From NCBI GenBank assembly GCA_044220955.1, contig JBGAQA010000031.1, forward strand, positions 1 to 64,000: a stretch of 64,000 bases of DNA. Reading direction: 5' to 3'. The notes beneath the pieces are model-generated. The model did no database searches, had not been told where the DNA came from, and saw only the letters and a list, made by a program, of their open reading frames with translations. Source of the DNA: Sandaracinaceae bacterium. Its GTDB lineage: Bacteria; Myxococcota_A; Polyangia; Polyangiales; Sandaracinaceae. A program made the position numbers and the translations under genes. Positions 9,699 to 21,858 of this stretch are shown here, piece by piece; within the stretch, counting starts at the first letter, position 1; each line of letters opens with the position of its first letter.

Positions 9699-11351
9699 AT
9701 GGCCGAGGCGCTGCCGAAGACTGCGGACGTGGTGCGCGAATCGGCCGAGAAGAGGCCGGCGCGCGAGCGCGTCGACAGCGACGCCCCGCCCGAGGGGCCC
9801 GATCCGCTCATCGGCACGCTCATCGCGGAGAAGTTCGAGATCCTCGACCTTCTCGGCGAGGGCGCGATGGGCCGCATCTACCGCGCGCGGCACATCGCGC
9901 TCGACCGCGAGATCGCGATCAAGGTCCTGCACAAGCACCTCGGCGGCGAGGACCGCGTCGCCAAGCGCTTCCACCGCGAGGCCAAGGCGGCCAGCCGCCT
10001 CGCGCACCCGAACTCGGTGCACATCATCGACTTCGGCCGCACGCCGGACGGGATCCTCTACATCGCGATGGAGCTGCTCGAGGGCGAGGATCTGCAGACG
10101 ATCCTCGACCACGACCACCCGCTCTCGCCCGAGCGGATCGGCGGCATCCTCGTGCCGGCGCTGCGCGCGGTGGAGGAGGCCCACCGCGCCGGCGTGATCC
10201 ACCGAGACCTCAAGCCCGACAACATCATCGTCTGGGAAGACCGCACCGGGCGAGAGCACGTGAAGGTCTGCGACTTCGGCATCGCGAAGATCCTCGACCC
10301 ACGCGAGGGCAACTCGATCACGGTGGACGGGTTCGTGTGCGGCACGCCGCAGTACATGGCGCCCGAGCAGGCGCGCGGCGACGAGATCGACCACCGCGTC
10401 GACGTGTATGCGGCGGGCGTCGTCCTCTACCAGATGCTCGTCGGCAAGGTGCCCTTCGGCGGCGACACGGCGCTCGGGATCATCACCAAGCACCTGACCG
10501 ACACGGCCGTGCCGCCCCACGTGCGCGCGCCCGAGCTGGGCATCCCGAAGTCGATCGAGGACATCGTGACGCGTGCGATGAGCAAGGACCCGGCGCAGCG
10601 CTACCAGAGCGCAGGCGAGATGGCCGACGCGATCGAGGCAGCCGTGAAGGCGCTCGGCGACGAGGCCAAGGAGCGGCTCGGGCAGGGCCCCTTCGACGCC
10701 GCCCGAACCAAGCGGGAGCGGCGCATCGACGAGTCGACCGCCCGGACGCTCATCGCGCCGAGCACGAGCGGAGCGACCCCCGCGCCGAGCGCCAGCGCGA
10801 GCCTGCGCTACGCGGCGATCGCGGGCGCGCTCGTGCTCGCCGCGTTCGCGCTGGTCTGGTGGGCACGACGGACGGAACCGCCGGCGCCCGCGACGAGCAT
10901 CGCGACGCCGCCGCCGACCACGATCGAGGTGCCGCCGAGCACCCTCGTGGAGGCGCCGCCCCCGAGCACGATCGTGGAAGCGCCGCCCGCGACGACGGTG
11001 GTGGTGTCGCCGCCCCCGACGACGACGACGCACGTGCGCCCGCGCCCGACGACCGTGACGGCGCCGGAGCCGACCACCGCGCCGGTCGTCGACGGGCGCA
11101 CCGAGGGACAGCGGGCGTTCGCCGAGGGGCGGCGCCTCTTCCTCGCGAACGACGTGCCGGGCGCGATCGCGAACTTCGAGGAGGCCGCACGGCTGATGCC
11201 GAACGACGGCGACGTGCAGAAGCAGCTCGGCCGCGCGTACATGCGCGCGGGCGACGTGCAGCGGAGCGTGGCCGCGTACCGGCGCTACCTCGCGCTGAGC
11301 CCGGACGCCGCCGACCGCGCGATCATCGAAGGCATCATCGCCCAGCACTGA
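9699..11351 (+). CDS. Hanks-type Ser/Thr protein kinase with TM, Pro/Thr linker and C-terminal TPR
   Basis: GEGAMG, AIK, HRDLKPDN, DFG, GTPQYMAPE; one TM segment; TPR-like tail. Confidence 0.93.
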   Translation: MAEALPKTADVVRESAEKRPARERVDSDAPPEGPDPLIGTLIAEKFEILDLLGEGAMGRIYRARHIALDREIAIKVLHKHLGGEDRVAKRFHREAKAASRLAHPNSVHIIDFGRTPDGILYIAMELLEGEDLQTILDHDHPLSPERIGGILVPALRAVEEAHRAGVIHRDLKPDNIIVWEDRTGREHVKVCDFGIAKILDPREGNSITVDGFVCGTPQYMAPEQARGDEIDHRVDVYAAGVVLYQMLVGKVPFGGDTALGIITKHLTDTAVPPHVRAPELGIPKSIEDIVTRAMSKDPAQRYQSAGEMADAIEAAVKALGDEAKERLGQGPFDAARTKRERRIDESTARTLIAPSTSGATPAPSASASLRYAAIAGALVLAAFALVWWARRTEPPAPATSIATPPPTTIEVPPSTLVEAPPPSTIVEAPPATTVVVSPPPTTTTHVRPRPTTVTAPEPTTAPVVDGRTEGQRAFAEGRRLFLANDVPGAIANFEEAARLMPNDGDVQKQLGRAYMRAGDVQRSVAAYRRYLALSPDAADRAIIEGIIAQH

Positions 11352-11445
11352 CGAGCTTCTCACGGACGCTGGGGCGCCGTGCTCGTGGCCCGGCGCTCTC
11401 CGTCGGGAAGTTGCCCGCGCGGTCGATGTCGTAGAGGGTCCGGCC

Positions 11446-11652
11446 ATGAGACACGCCCTGCTCGCTCTGCTCGCCTCGCTCGTCCTGATCGCCACCGCCT
11501 CCGCCGAGGCGCAGGGCGGCAAGCGCGAGCCCGTCCCGGCAGCGCAGGGGAAGCGAACGATCCAGCGACCGAGGACCGCGCCCCAGCGTGCCGCGAGGTG
11601 GATGCGCGATCCCGCGGGCCAGTGGCAGCTCCGCGGCACCAGCAGCCGCTGA
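11446..11652 (+). CDS. Small putative secreted basic protein
   Basis: Signal-peptide-like MRHALLALLASLVLIATASAEAQ; AGAGGG upstream; fills an intergenic gap. Confidence 0.45.
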   Translation: MRHALLALLASLVLIATASAEAQGGKREPVPAAQGKRTIQRPRTAPQRAARWMRDPAGQWQLRGTSSR

Positions 11653-11682
11653 GCAGCGCGATCTCCCGGCGGACGCGGGCCC

Positions 11683-12852
11683 TCAACGCGGCGCGAGGAA
11701 CTCGCCGACGAAGTACGGCCTCCCCGCCACCCTGAGGGTGCGCGCGAGCGAGAGTCGGCCGTCGGACGCGACGTCGAGCACCACGAGCACGTCCGAGTCG
11801 CGGTCGGCCACGTAGAGGTGCGCCCCGTCGCGCGAGAGCGCCATGGAGCGAGGGTGCATCCCGCCCGCCGGCTCGTGCTCGACGAGCGTGAGCCTCCCGC
11901 TCGACGGGTCCCGCGCGAACACGACGACGCTCTCGTGGCCGCGGTTCGAGCCGTACACGAAGCGATCGTCCCGCGACACCAGCACCTCCGCGCACGCGTT
12001 GGTCCCGGTGAAGCCCGTGGGGAGCGTCGGGACCGTCTCGACGCTGGCGAGGGCGCCGTCGACGCCGACCGCGAAGACGTCGATGGCGCTACCGAGCTCG
12101 TCGATGACGTACGCGAAGCGGCCGTCCCGTGAGAGCGCGAGGTGTCGGGGCCCCGCCCCCGCCGCGGTGCTCGCCACGCTGGCCGGCGTGAGCAACCCGC
12201 CGGCGCCGATCCGGCGGACCACCACCGTGTCGTCGCCGAGGCAGGGCACGTAGAGGACGTCCCCCGCGGCGCTCGGTACGACCTGGTGCGCGTGGGCGCA
12301 GGTCACCGCGTCGCTCGACGCAGGCCTCGAGAGCGCCCCGGAGCCGTCGAGCGCGTAGACCGACACGCGCCCGGACCCGTACGACGCGACGAAGACGTGC
12401 TGCCCGGCGGGATCGAGCGCGACGTGCGTCGGGCCGCCCAGCGCGGGCTGGCGCTCCGTCACGGTGGTGGTGCCGTCGCGCGCGACGTCGATCGACGCGA
12501 CCTCGTCCGCGCTCTCGTGGACGACGTAGAGGTGCGCGCCGTCCGCGCTCGCCGCGACGAACGAGGGGAAGTCCCCGGTCCGCGCGCGCGCGAGCTCTCG
12601 CAGCGTGGCGCCATCGAGCGTGACGAGGTCGCCCGTCGCGAGGCCCACGTACACGAAGGTGCGCGTCGGCAGGCCCGCGTCCGCGCCGGCCTCCGCGCCC
12701 GCCGCATCGCTCGGCGTGGCGTCGTCGCTGCCGCTCGTGTCGCGCGCGCGCGCGCCGTCCTGCGCCGCTCCCGCGTCGCGCCCGCCGTCGACGCCGGCGC
12801 CGGTCGTCGCGCAGGCGGCGAGCAGGATCGGTACGACCAGCCACGCGCGCAT
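11683..12852 (-). CDS. Lactonase (6-phosphogluconolactonase/YbhE-like beta-propeller) lipoprotein
   Basis: Lipobox LAAC; HAHQ, GAGPRH, YVIDEL, YGSNRGHES, PRSM motifs. Confidence 0.85.
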   Translation of the reverse strand: MRAWLVVPILLAACATTGAGVDGGRDAGAAQDGARARDTSGSDDATPSDAAGAEAGADAGLPTRTFVYVGLATGDLVTLDGATLRELARARTGDFPSFVAASADGAHLYVVHESADEVASIDVARDGTTTVTERQPALGGPTHVALDPAGQHVFVASYGSGRVSVYALDGSGALSRPASSDAVTCAHAHQVVPSAAGDVLYVPCLGDDTVVVRRIGAGGLLTPASVASTAAGAGPRHLALSRDGRFAYVIDELGSAIDVFAVGVDGALASVETVPTLPTGFTGTNACAEVLVSRDDRFVYGSNRGHESVVVFARDPSSGRLTLVEHEPAGGMHPRSMALSRDGAHLYVADRDSDVLVVLDVASDGRLSLARTLRVAGRPYFVGEFLAPR

Positions 12853-12874
12853 CGAAGCAGAGCGTACACGCGGG

Positions 12875-13399
12875 TCAGCGCCAGCGCGCACGCAGCGATC
12901 GAAGATCGATCGGCGGCCCCATCGCCTCGTCGTCGAGGTCGAGCCAGCGATCGAGCGCGTGCGCGCCGCCGCCGACGATCGGCCAGGGCGGCGGAGGTGC
13001 GATCCAGGTTCCGTCGTCGTGCCGCATGTGACGGCGGTCCGACGCGAACGTCGCGACGTAGCTGCCGGCCTCGATCCGCCGGAAGCGCGGAGCGAGCGCG
13101 GGAGGCGCGAGGGGATCGAAGCTCGCGTCCAGCCACGCGCACGCGGCGAGCGGCGCCCCCGCCGTGCAGTCGAGGTCCCAGACCTCGATGCCCTGCGCGG
13201 CGCGGACCGCGAGCACGACGTGGTAGTCCCAGAGGACCGGCTCGCCCGACGCGCTCGCGCGCTGCGCGCTCATCTGCACCGCGCGCGCCGCGTTCGACAC
13301 GATCACGGCCTCGGCGGCGAGCCCGGCGAAGCGCGCTTCCTGCGCGAGCCACCAGACGTTCTCCTCGCAGTAGCTCGGCGCGTAGCGATGCGGGGCCAA
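12875..13399 (-). CDS. Protein N-terminal glutamine amidohydrolase homologue (NTAQ1/WDYHV1 family)
   Basis: YCEENVW, WDYHV, WDLD, FASDRRHM and W..PPPPWP match the NTAQ1 signature; Cys-His-Asp triad intact. Confidence 0.85.
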   Translation of the reverse strand: MAPHRYAPSYCEENVWWLAQEARFAGLAAEAVIVSNAARAVQMSAQRASASGEPVLWDYHVVLAVRAAQGIEVWDLDCTAGAPLAACAWLDASFDPLAPPALAPRFRRIEAGSYVATFASDRRHMRHDDGTWIAPPPPWPIVGGGAHALDRWLDLDDEAMGPPIDLRSLRARWR

Positions 13400-13426
13400 G
13401 GCGACGAGGCTAACGCGCGCGCGCGA

Positions 13427-13990
13427 TCAGCGCCCGCCCGTCCGCGGCCCTCGGAGCGACTGCGTCGTCGCGCTCCGGTGGCCGCGCCGCGCGTTGCGCA
13501 GGATGGCCTCCGCGAACTCGTCGGCAACGCGGGGGCCGTCCGCGGTCACCAGCCGCCCGTCCGTGACCACGCTGCTGGTGTGCTGCACGTACGCGCCGGC
13601 GGCGCCGAGCCCCGCGAGCTCGCTCGCGTACGCCGTGACCTTGCGCCCCGTGAGCAGCCCCGCGCGCGCGAGGATGGTGGGCGCGACGCAGATGGCCGCC
13701 AGGACCTTGCCGCTCGCGTCGGCCTCGGTGGCGATCCGGTGCGCCTCGGCGTCGTCGAAGTAGGTGCGCGCGCCCTGCCCTCCCACGAAGATCACGGCGT
13801 CGTACGCCTCGACGCGCACGGCATCGAGCGCGATCGACGCGAGGGCGCGGCCTCCGTGCATCCCCGTGCACGGACCGGCCGTCCGGCTCGCGACCACGCA
13901 CTGCGCCCCCGCCTCCTCCAGCACCTGCCGGGTGACGAAGAGCTCCTCGTCCCTGAAGTCCTCGGGGGCCACCACGAAGACCGCGCGCAT
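13427..13990 (-). CDS. DJ-1/PfpI family protein
   Basis: FRDEEL, YDAVIFVGG.G, AAICVAP..LA.AGLL.GRKVT, VVTDGRLVTADGP. Confidence 0.9.
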   Translation of the reverse strand: MRAVFVVAPEDFRDEELFVTRQVLEEAGAQCVVASRTAGPCTGMHGGRALASIALDAVRVEAYDAVIFVGGQGARTYFDDAEAHRIATEADASGKVLAAICVAPTILARAGLLTGRKVTAYASELAGLGAAGAYVQHTSSVVTDGRLVTADGPRVADEFAEAILRNARRGHRSATTQSLRGPRTGGR

Positions 13991-14157
13991 CACGTCGCCA
14001 CCACGACCTGGCACGTAGGCGCGGCCATGCAGGCCGCAAGGCGCAGGTGCCGACGCTGGCGCGCGGATCCCCCCCAGCTCGCGCGCAGGCGGGCGGCCGA
14101 GGACGCCCGCTGGGCGTTTCCGGGACAGAGCGGTGCGCGCTCATCTAGTCTGCCCGC

Positions 14158-16302
14158 GTGACCTTCCCCACCATGACCTGGCCCGGGCGCGCGGAGCCGC
14201 TCGGCGCGAGCTGGGACGGCTCCGGCACCAACTTCTCGATCGTGTCCGAGGTGGCCGAGCGCGTGGAGCTCTGCCTCTTCGACGAGAGCGGCAAGGAGAC
14301 GCGCACGGACCTCGTCGAGTGGACCGGCTACCGCTGGCACGGGTACCTGCCCGACGTCGGCCCGGGGCAGCGCTACGGGTTCCGCGTCCACGGACCCTGG
14401 GACCCGACGAACGGGCACCGCTGCAACGCGCAGAAGCTGCTGCTCGACCCCTATGCGCGCGCCATCACGGGCGAGCTCGTGCTCCGCCCCGAGATCTACG
14501 GCCACCAGCAGGGCGACCCGAGCGCGAGCACGCGCGACGAGCGGGACAGCGCGCCCTTCGTGCCGCGCTCGCTGGTGACGAGCCCCTACTTCGACTGGGG
14601 CCACGACCGCCCCCCGCGCGTGCCCTGGCACGACACGGTGCTCTACGAGCTGCACGTGAAGGGCTACACGAAGCGCCACCCCGCGATCCCCGAGGCGCTC
14701 CGCGGCACCTACGCGGGGCTCGCCCATCCCGCGTCGATCGAGCACCTGCTCAAGCTCGGCGTCACGTCGATCGAGCTGATGCCGATCCACCAGTTCGCGC
14801 AGGAGTCGCACCTCGCCGCGCGCGGTCTGTCGAACTACTGGGGCTACAACACGATCGGCTTCTTCGCGGTGCATGCCGGCTACTCGCGCAGCGGCGGCCG
14901 GAGCGGCGAGCAGCTCGCGGAGCTCAAGCAGGTCGTGAAGACCTTCCACGAGGCGGGCCTCGAGGTGCTGCTCGACGTCGTCTACAACCACACCGGCGAG
15001 GGGAGCCAGCTCGGCCCGACGCTCTCGTTCCGCGGGATCGACAACGCCGGCTACTACCGGCTCGCGGCCGACAAGCGCTACTACGACGACTTCACCGGCT
15101 GCGGGAACACCGTCGACGCGCGGCGCCCGCACGTGCTGCAGCTGATCATGGACTCGCTGCGCTACTGGGTTGAGGAGATGCACGTCGACGGCTTCCGCTT
15201 CGACCTCGCGGCGGCGCTCGCGCGCGGTGACGGTGGCTACGACCGGATGAGCGCCTTCCTCGACGTCGTGCAGCAGGATCCCGTGGTCAGCCGCGTGAAG
15301 CTGATCGCCGAGCCCTGGGACGTCGGCGCGGACGGCTACCGCGTGGGACGCTTCCCGCCGCTCTGGAGCGAGTGGAACGGCAAGTACCGCGACGCGGTGC
15401 GCAGCTTCTGGCGCGGCGACCAGGGGACGCTCGGCGAGCTGGCGACGCGCTTCGCGGGCAGCGCCGACCTCTACGCGTCCAACGGGCGGCGCCCCTTCGC
15501 GAGCGTGAACTTCGTCACCGCGCACGACGGATTCACGCTGCGCGATCTGGTCAGCTACGAGCGCAAGCACAACGAGAGCAACGGCGAAGAGAACCGCGAC
15601 GGCGAGAACGACAACCGCTCGTCGAACCACGGCGTCGAGGGCGAGACGAGCGATCCCGCGGTGCTCGCCCTGCGCGCGCGACAGCAGCGCAACTTCTTCG
15701 CGACGCTGCTCCTCTCGCAGGGCGTGCCCCAGATCAACTCGGGCGACGAGATCGGTCGCACGCAGCAGGGCAACAACAACGCCTACTGCCACGACGACGA
15801 GACGAGCTGGCTCGACTGGGAGGGCCGCGATCGAGCGCTGCGCGACACCGTCCGCGGACTGCTCGCCCTCCGTGCACGCCACCCGATCTTCCGCCGGCGC
15901 GCGTTCTTCCGCGGCCGCCCCGGCGACGGCGGCGCCTCCGACGTGGTCTGGTACCACCCGTCGGGCCACGAGATGCGGCAGGCAGACTGGCAGATGCCCG
16001 AGCTGCGGACGCTGGGCGTGTTCCTGAACGGCAGCGCCTACCAGGGCCGCGACCACCAGGGGACCGCGATCGCCGACGACTCGTTCTTGGTGATCCTCGA
16101 CGCGGAGCGGGGCCGGAGCGAGATCCACCTGGCGCCCGAGCTCGAGGGCCCGTGGATCGTCGAGCTCGACACCGCCGGCCGGCTCGAGGCCGGCGCCACC
16201 GTGCTGGGCGCGACGGCGCTCACGATCGACGGGCCGGCGGTGTGCGTCCTGCGCAAGCACCGCGCCCGAAGCTCGCTCCTGCCGAGCCACCTCGGGCCCT
16301 GA
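14158..16302 (+). CDS. glgX: Glycogen debranching enzyme (GH13 isoamylase)
   Basis: PLGA.WDG.GTNF, KLLLDPYA, NYWGYNT, DVVYNHT, VDGFRFDLA, LIAEPWD, NFVTAHDGFTL, QQGNNNAYC. Confidence 0.96.
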   Translation: MTFPTMTWPGRAEPLGASWDGSGTNFSIVSEVAERVELCLFDESGKETRTDLVEWTGYRWHGYLPDVGPGQRYGFRVHGPWDPTNGHRCNAQKLLLDPYARAITGELVLRPEIYGHQQGDPSASTRDERDSAPFVPRSLVTSPYFDWGHDRPPRVPWHDTVLYELHVKGYTKRHPAIPEALRGTYAGLAHPASIEHLLKLGVTSIELMPIHQFAQESHLAARGLSNYWGYNTIGFFAVHAGYSRSGGRSGEQLAELKQVVKTFHEAGLEVLLDVVYNHTGEGSQLGPTLSFRGIDNAGYYRLAADKRYYDDFTGCGNTVDARRPHVLQLIMDSLRYWVEEMHVDGFRFDLAAALARGDGGYDRMSAFLDVVQQDPVVSRVKLIAEPWDVGADGYRVGRFPPLWSEWNGKYRDAVRSFWRGDQGTLGELATRFAGSADLYASNGRRPFASVNFVTAHDGFTLRDLVSYERKHNESNGEENRDGENDNRSSNHGVEGETSDPAVLALRARQQRNFFATLLLSQGVPQINSGDEIGRTQQGNNNAYCHDDETSWLDWEGRDRALRDTVRGLLALRARHPIFRRRAFFRGRPGDGGASDVVWYHPSGHEMRQADWQMPELRTLGVFLNGSAYQGRDHQGTAIADDSFLVILDAERGRSEIHLAPELEGPWIVELDTAGRLEAGATVLGATALTIDGPAVCVLRKHRARSSLLPSHLGP

Positions 16303-16326
16303 TGCGGCCGGGCCCGCGCGGGACGC

Positions 16327-18120
16327 TCAGAACGTCGCGACGATGGCTCGACCGCCGACGCCGAGGTCGATCCAGCTCGCCCGGCGCACGCCGCCGGCGG
16401 CGACGAACGACACGCGACCTTCGGACAGCCCGGGGGCGCACACGGGAGCCACGCGCATCGCGGGGATCGCCGGCATGCCGGAGAGCGTGCACCCGACCAC
16501 CGCGATCTCGCGCATCGACGAGGCGTCCGTGCGGTCGAGCACGAGGTCGAAGCCGATCGCGCCCGGCTGCGCCGTGACGCGCGCGATCGAGCCGCCCGCC
16601 GGCGGCGCGAAGATGCCACCCAGGGTCGTCGGAACGGTGGCCGCGTCGAGCGTGGCAGCGTGCACGCCGTCGCTCTCGAGCCACACGGCCACGAGGGTCC
16701 CGGCCGTCGACGTCGGGGCGACGTGCAGCGCCGTGCGGCTCGCGGCGCCGCTCGGGGCGAGCATCACCCTCGCACCGAGGGGCGCCACGTCGCGCGCCCA
16801 CACGACGTACGAGTACGTCGCGACCTCGCTCGCGTAGACGACCGTGAAGGCGGCGCTGCTCGAGGCGTCGCGCGCGGCGATCGCAGGGACCACGAGGAAG
16901 TCGACGGAAGGGCCGACCGTCTCGTCCGTGACCGCGCCCGTCGAGGCGACCACGCGGCTCGCGATCAGGCTGCCGCCCGAGTCGCGCAGGACGCCGAGCG
17001 TGTCGCTCGCCGCGTGGTACGCGAGGCCACCCTCGATCGCCTGTCCGGTCCCGACGACCCAGGCCGCGCCGAGCGAGCCGTCGGCCTCGATGCGCTGCAG
17101 GCGCGCCACGCCCGCGGCCGACGAGAGGGCCCACGTGATCGCGCCCGCTCGGACGATCGCCGCGGGCGTGCTTCCCGCCGGCAGCGCCACCTCCATCGCG
17201 CGGACCGCGCCGGCGGAGTCGAGCCTCGCCACGCGACCTGCGCCGTAGAGCACCTCGGCGCCGACCGCATCGCCGGTGACCTGCGGGTTCGTCCCGGCGG
17301 GCGAGAGCACCTCGACGTGCGTCGCGATCCCCGCCGCGCCGATCGTGCACGCCGCGGCCGTCCCCGCGTCGGCGCCCCCATCCGTGCCGCCGTCGACGCC
17401 GGCGTCGGTCGCGGTCCCCACGTCGCGGCCCGCGTCGCTCCCGGCGTCACGGCTCGCGTCCGCGCCCGCGTCGCGCGGCGCCATCGAGCACGCGCCCGCG
17501 ATGCACGACGCGCCGGGCGCGCACCGGACGTCGCACGCGCCGCAGTTCGTCGGATCGCTCGCGAGCTGAACGCAGATGCCGGGGCGGCAGCGCGTGCGCG
17601 GCGGGAGGCACACGGACGCGCGCACGATGCCGTAGCGGCTCAGGTGCGCGAGCTCGCCCGAGAGCGACGCGGCGGCGCTGCGCGTGGCTGCGAGGTCGGT
17701 CGGGGGATCGGTGTCCAAGAGGACGATCCGATCCCCGTCCTCGACCGGGACGCCGGTCGTGCTGGCGTCGTATCCGATCGTCAGCCGCGCCGGCACCGCG
17801 AAGAGCGTCCCGGTGGGCTCGATCCGCACCACGGATCCGGGCAGGACGTCGGCGGTGCTCGCGGGCGGGCTCGCCGCCGAGAGCACGAGCGTGACGGGCG
17901 TGGAGAGCGCCCCGGGGGGCACGTCGAGGCGGAAGCCGCCGGCGACGACGGAGCCCCCCTCGGGACCGATCGCGCCGCGGCCGAGCTCCACGTCGGCGCC
18001 GCCGGCGGGGACGATGCAAGCGCTCTCCGACCGCGTGAGCCCGGGCGGGCAGCGCCGGCTACACGCCGACGCGAGCAAGACGATGGCGACGGAGACGACG
18101 GAGCCCCACGACCGGTGCAT
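16327..18120 (-). CDS. Lipoprotein with ZU5-like domain, Cys-rich (Stig1/MXAN_6577-like) motif and beta-rich C-terminus
   Basis: Lipobox ASAC; IGPEGG...LDVPPGAL...HLSRY; C..L.SDPTNCGACDVRC..G.SC..G.C; DAG linker. Confidence 0.7.
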   Translation of the reverse strand: MHRSWGSVVSVAIVLLASACSRRCPPGLTRSESACIVPAGGADVELGRGAIGPEGGSVVAGGFRLDVPPGALSTPVTLVLSAASPPASTADVLPGSVVRIEPTGTLFAVPARLTIGYDASTTGVPVEDGDRIVLLDTDPPTDLAATRSAAASLSGELAHLSRYGIVRASVCLPPRTRCRPGICVQLASDPTNCGACDVRCAPGASCIAGACSMAPRDAGADASRDAGSDAGRDVGTATDAGVDGGTDGGADAGTAAACTIGAAGIATHVEVLSPAGTNPQVTGDAVGAEVLYGAGRVARLDSAGAVRAMEVALPAGSTPAAIVRAGAITWALSSAAGVARLQRIEADGSLGAAWVVGTGQAIEGGLAYHAASDTLGVLRDSGGSLIASRVVASTGAVTDETVGPSVDFLVVPAIAARDASSSAAFTVVYASEVATYSYVVWARDVAPLGARVMLAPSGAASRTALHVAPTSTAGTLVAVWLESDGVHAATLDAATVPTTLGGIFAPPAGGSIARVTAQPGAIGFDLVLDRTDASSMREIAVVGCTLSGMPAIPAMRVAPVCAPGLSEGRVSFVAAGGVRRASWIDLGVGGRAIVATF

Positions 18121-18168
18121 GGGCGGATTCTGACCCGAAGTCGGTTCCGAGATCGACGCCCACCTCGC

Positions 18169-20235
<2,067 letters not shown>

Positions 20236-20304
20236 GTCCCGAGTGCGGGCTACGCTTCACGAAAATCGACCGCCCACGCCCGCGCGTCTGCGATCCTGAC
20301 GGCC

Positions 20305-21276
20305 ATGGCTCGCCAAGGCGTCCTCGGCGTCCTCACGGCGGCGTGCGCGTCGTTCGCGCTCGCGGCCGCGGCGCAGGACCGGCCGGTGGCGGAGGCCATC
20401 ACCGTCTCGGGGAACGACGCCTGCCTCGATCACGAAGCGCTCGCACCCGCCGCCGCGCAGTGGCTCGGGCGCGGCGCCGTGGACCTGCGCGTCTGCGTGC
20501 TCGTGGACGTGGCGGGCGGCGGCGATGCGGCCGACGTGGTCGCGATCCGGGACGGCTCGCCCGTCGCCGTGCGCCACTTCGAGCCGCTCCCGCCCAGCTG
20601 TGACGACCGGCGCACGATCGTGGCGCTCGGCGTCGCGCTCGCGATCGACGCCCTGCTGCTCGACGCGCTCGCGCTCGATCCGCGACCGCCACCGGCGGCA
20701 CCGCCGGCGCCGACACCACCGCCGCCGCCAGCGCCAACGCCGAATCCGTCCTCGCCCGCGATCGCGGTGGAGCTCGCGGGCGAGGGGGGCGTGAGCGTGG
20801 GGACACTGGACACCGTCGGCGGCATCGGCTCCGCGACGCTCGGCCTCGAGATCGATCGCGCGCTCCGGCTTCGGGTCGGCGCGCTCGCGAGCTCCATCGC
20901 GGCGCTCGCGCTCGGCGCGGGCGCGGTGGAGGCCGGGCTCGTCCTCGGTCGCGTGGACGCCTGCCTGCTCGCACCCCTGGGGAGCTTCGAGGTCGACGGC
21001 TGCGTCGGCGTCCTGGCGGGCGCGGTGCTGGCGCAGGGCCGAGGCTACGCGGTCACGCACTCGGTCACCCTCCCGTGGGTCGGACTGGCCGCACGCGTCG
21101 AGGGCGCGCTCTGGCTCGCGGAGGCGCTGGCGATGACGCTCGCCGCCGACGGGCTCTTCGCCCTCCTTCCCGCGCGCTTCGATGCCCTCGGCCCCGCGGG
21201 CACCGCCAGCGATGCCCGCACCCTGCCGGTCGGCGGCGTGACCGTCGCGCTCGGCGTGCGCGTGCGCTTTCGGTGA
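20305..21276 (+). CDS. Exported protein with Pro linker and predicted outer-membrane beta-strand C-terminal domain
   Basis: Signal peptide ending AAAAQ; two Cys in N-domain; amphipathic Gly/Val-rich strands ending ALGVRVRFR. Confidence 0.65.
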   Translation: MARQGVLGVLTAACASFALAAAAQDRPVAEAITVSGNDACLDHEALAPAAAQWLGRGAVDLRVCVLVDVAGGGDAADVVAIRDGSPVAVRHFEPLPPSCDDRRTIVALGVALAIDALLLDALALDPRPPPAAPPAPTPPPPPAPTPNPSSPAIAVELAGEGGVSVGTLDTVGGIGSATLGLEIDRALRLRVGALASSIAALALGAGAVEAGLVLGRVDACLLAPLGSFEVDGCVGVLAGAVLAQGRGYAVTHSVTLPWVGLAARVEGALWLAEALAMTLAADGLFALLPARFDALGPAGTASDARTLPVGGVTVALGVRVRFR

Positions 21277-21279
21277 AGC

Positions 21280-21858
21280 GTGGACGAGCGCCACGACATG
21301 AACGCTCCAGAGACACGCCAAGCACCACGTTCGATGGGCGAACCGATCGGCGCCGAGGAGCTCTACCGCGCGCATGCGCCGTACGTCGCGGCGTTCCTCG
21401 GCCGGATGGGAGCAAGGCGGCAAGACATGCAGGACGCAGTTCAGGAGGTGTTCCTCGTCGCGCACCAGCGCGGCGGGTTCGTCCCGGGCGCGGCGCGTCC
21501 GACCACCTGGCTCTGCGAGATCGCGCTGCGCGTGTGGTGGAGCGCGCGGCGCCGCGACGGCCGGCGCTCGGCGGAGATCGCCAGCGCGGACGCCGGCGTC
21601 GACGCGCTCAGCGATGTGCCAGGCGCCGACGATCAGCTCGAGGCGGCGAGCGCGGCGCAGCGCGTGCAGCGCTGCCTCGAGGGGCTCGACGAGGAGCACC
21701 GCGCGGTCCTCGTCCTCTTCGAGCTGCAGGACGAGAGCACGGACGACATCGCCTCCATCCTCGGGATCCCCCTCGGGACGGTGCACTCCCGCCTGCACCA
21801 CGCGCGCAAGAAGTTCCGCGCGCGGTGGGAGCGCTCCCACGGTCGAGGTGCGCCGTGA
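21280..21858 (+). CDS. ECF RNA polymerase sigma factor
   Basis: Region 2 DAVQEVFL..TWL..IA; region 4 IASILGIPLGTVHSRLHHAR. Start could be ATG 21298. Confidence 0.93.
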   Translation: MDERHDMNAPETRQAPRSMGEPIGAEELYRAHAPYVAAFLGRMGARRQDMQDAVQEVFLVAHQRGGFVPGAARPTTWLCEIALRVWWSARRRDGRRSAEIASADAGVDALSDVPGADDQLEAASAAQRVQRCLEGLDEEHRAVLVLFELQDESTDDIASILGIPLGTVHSRLHHARKKFRARWERSHGRGAP

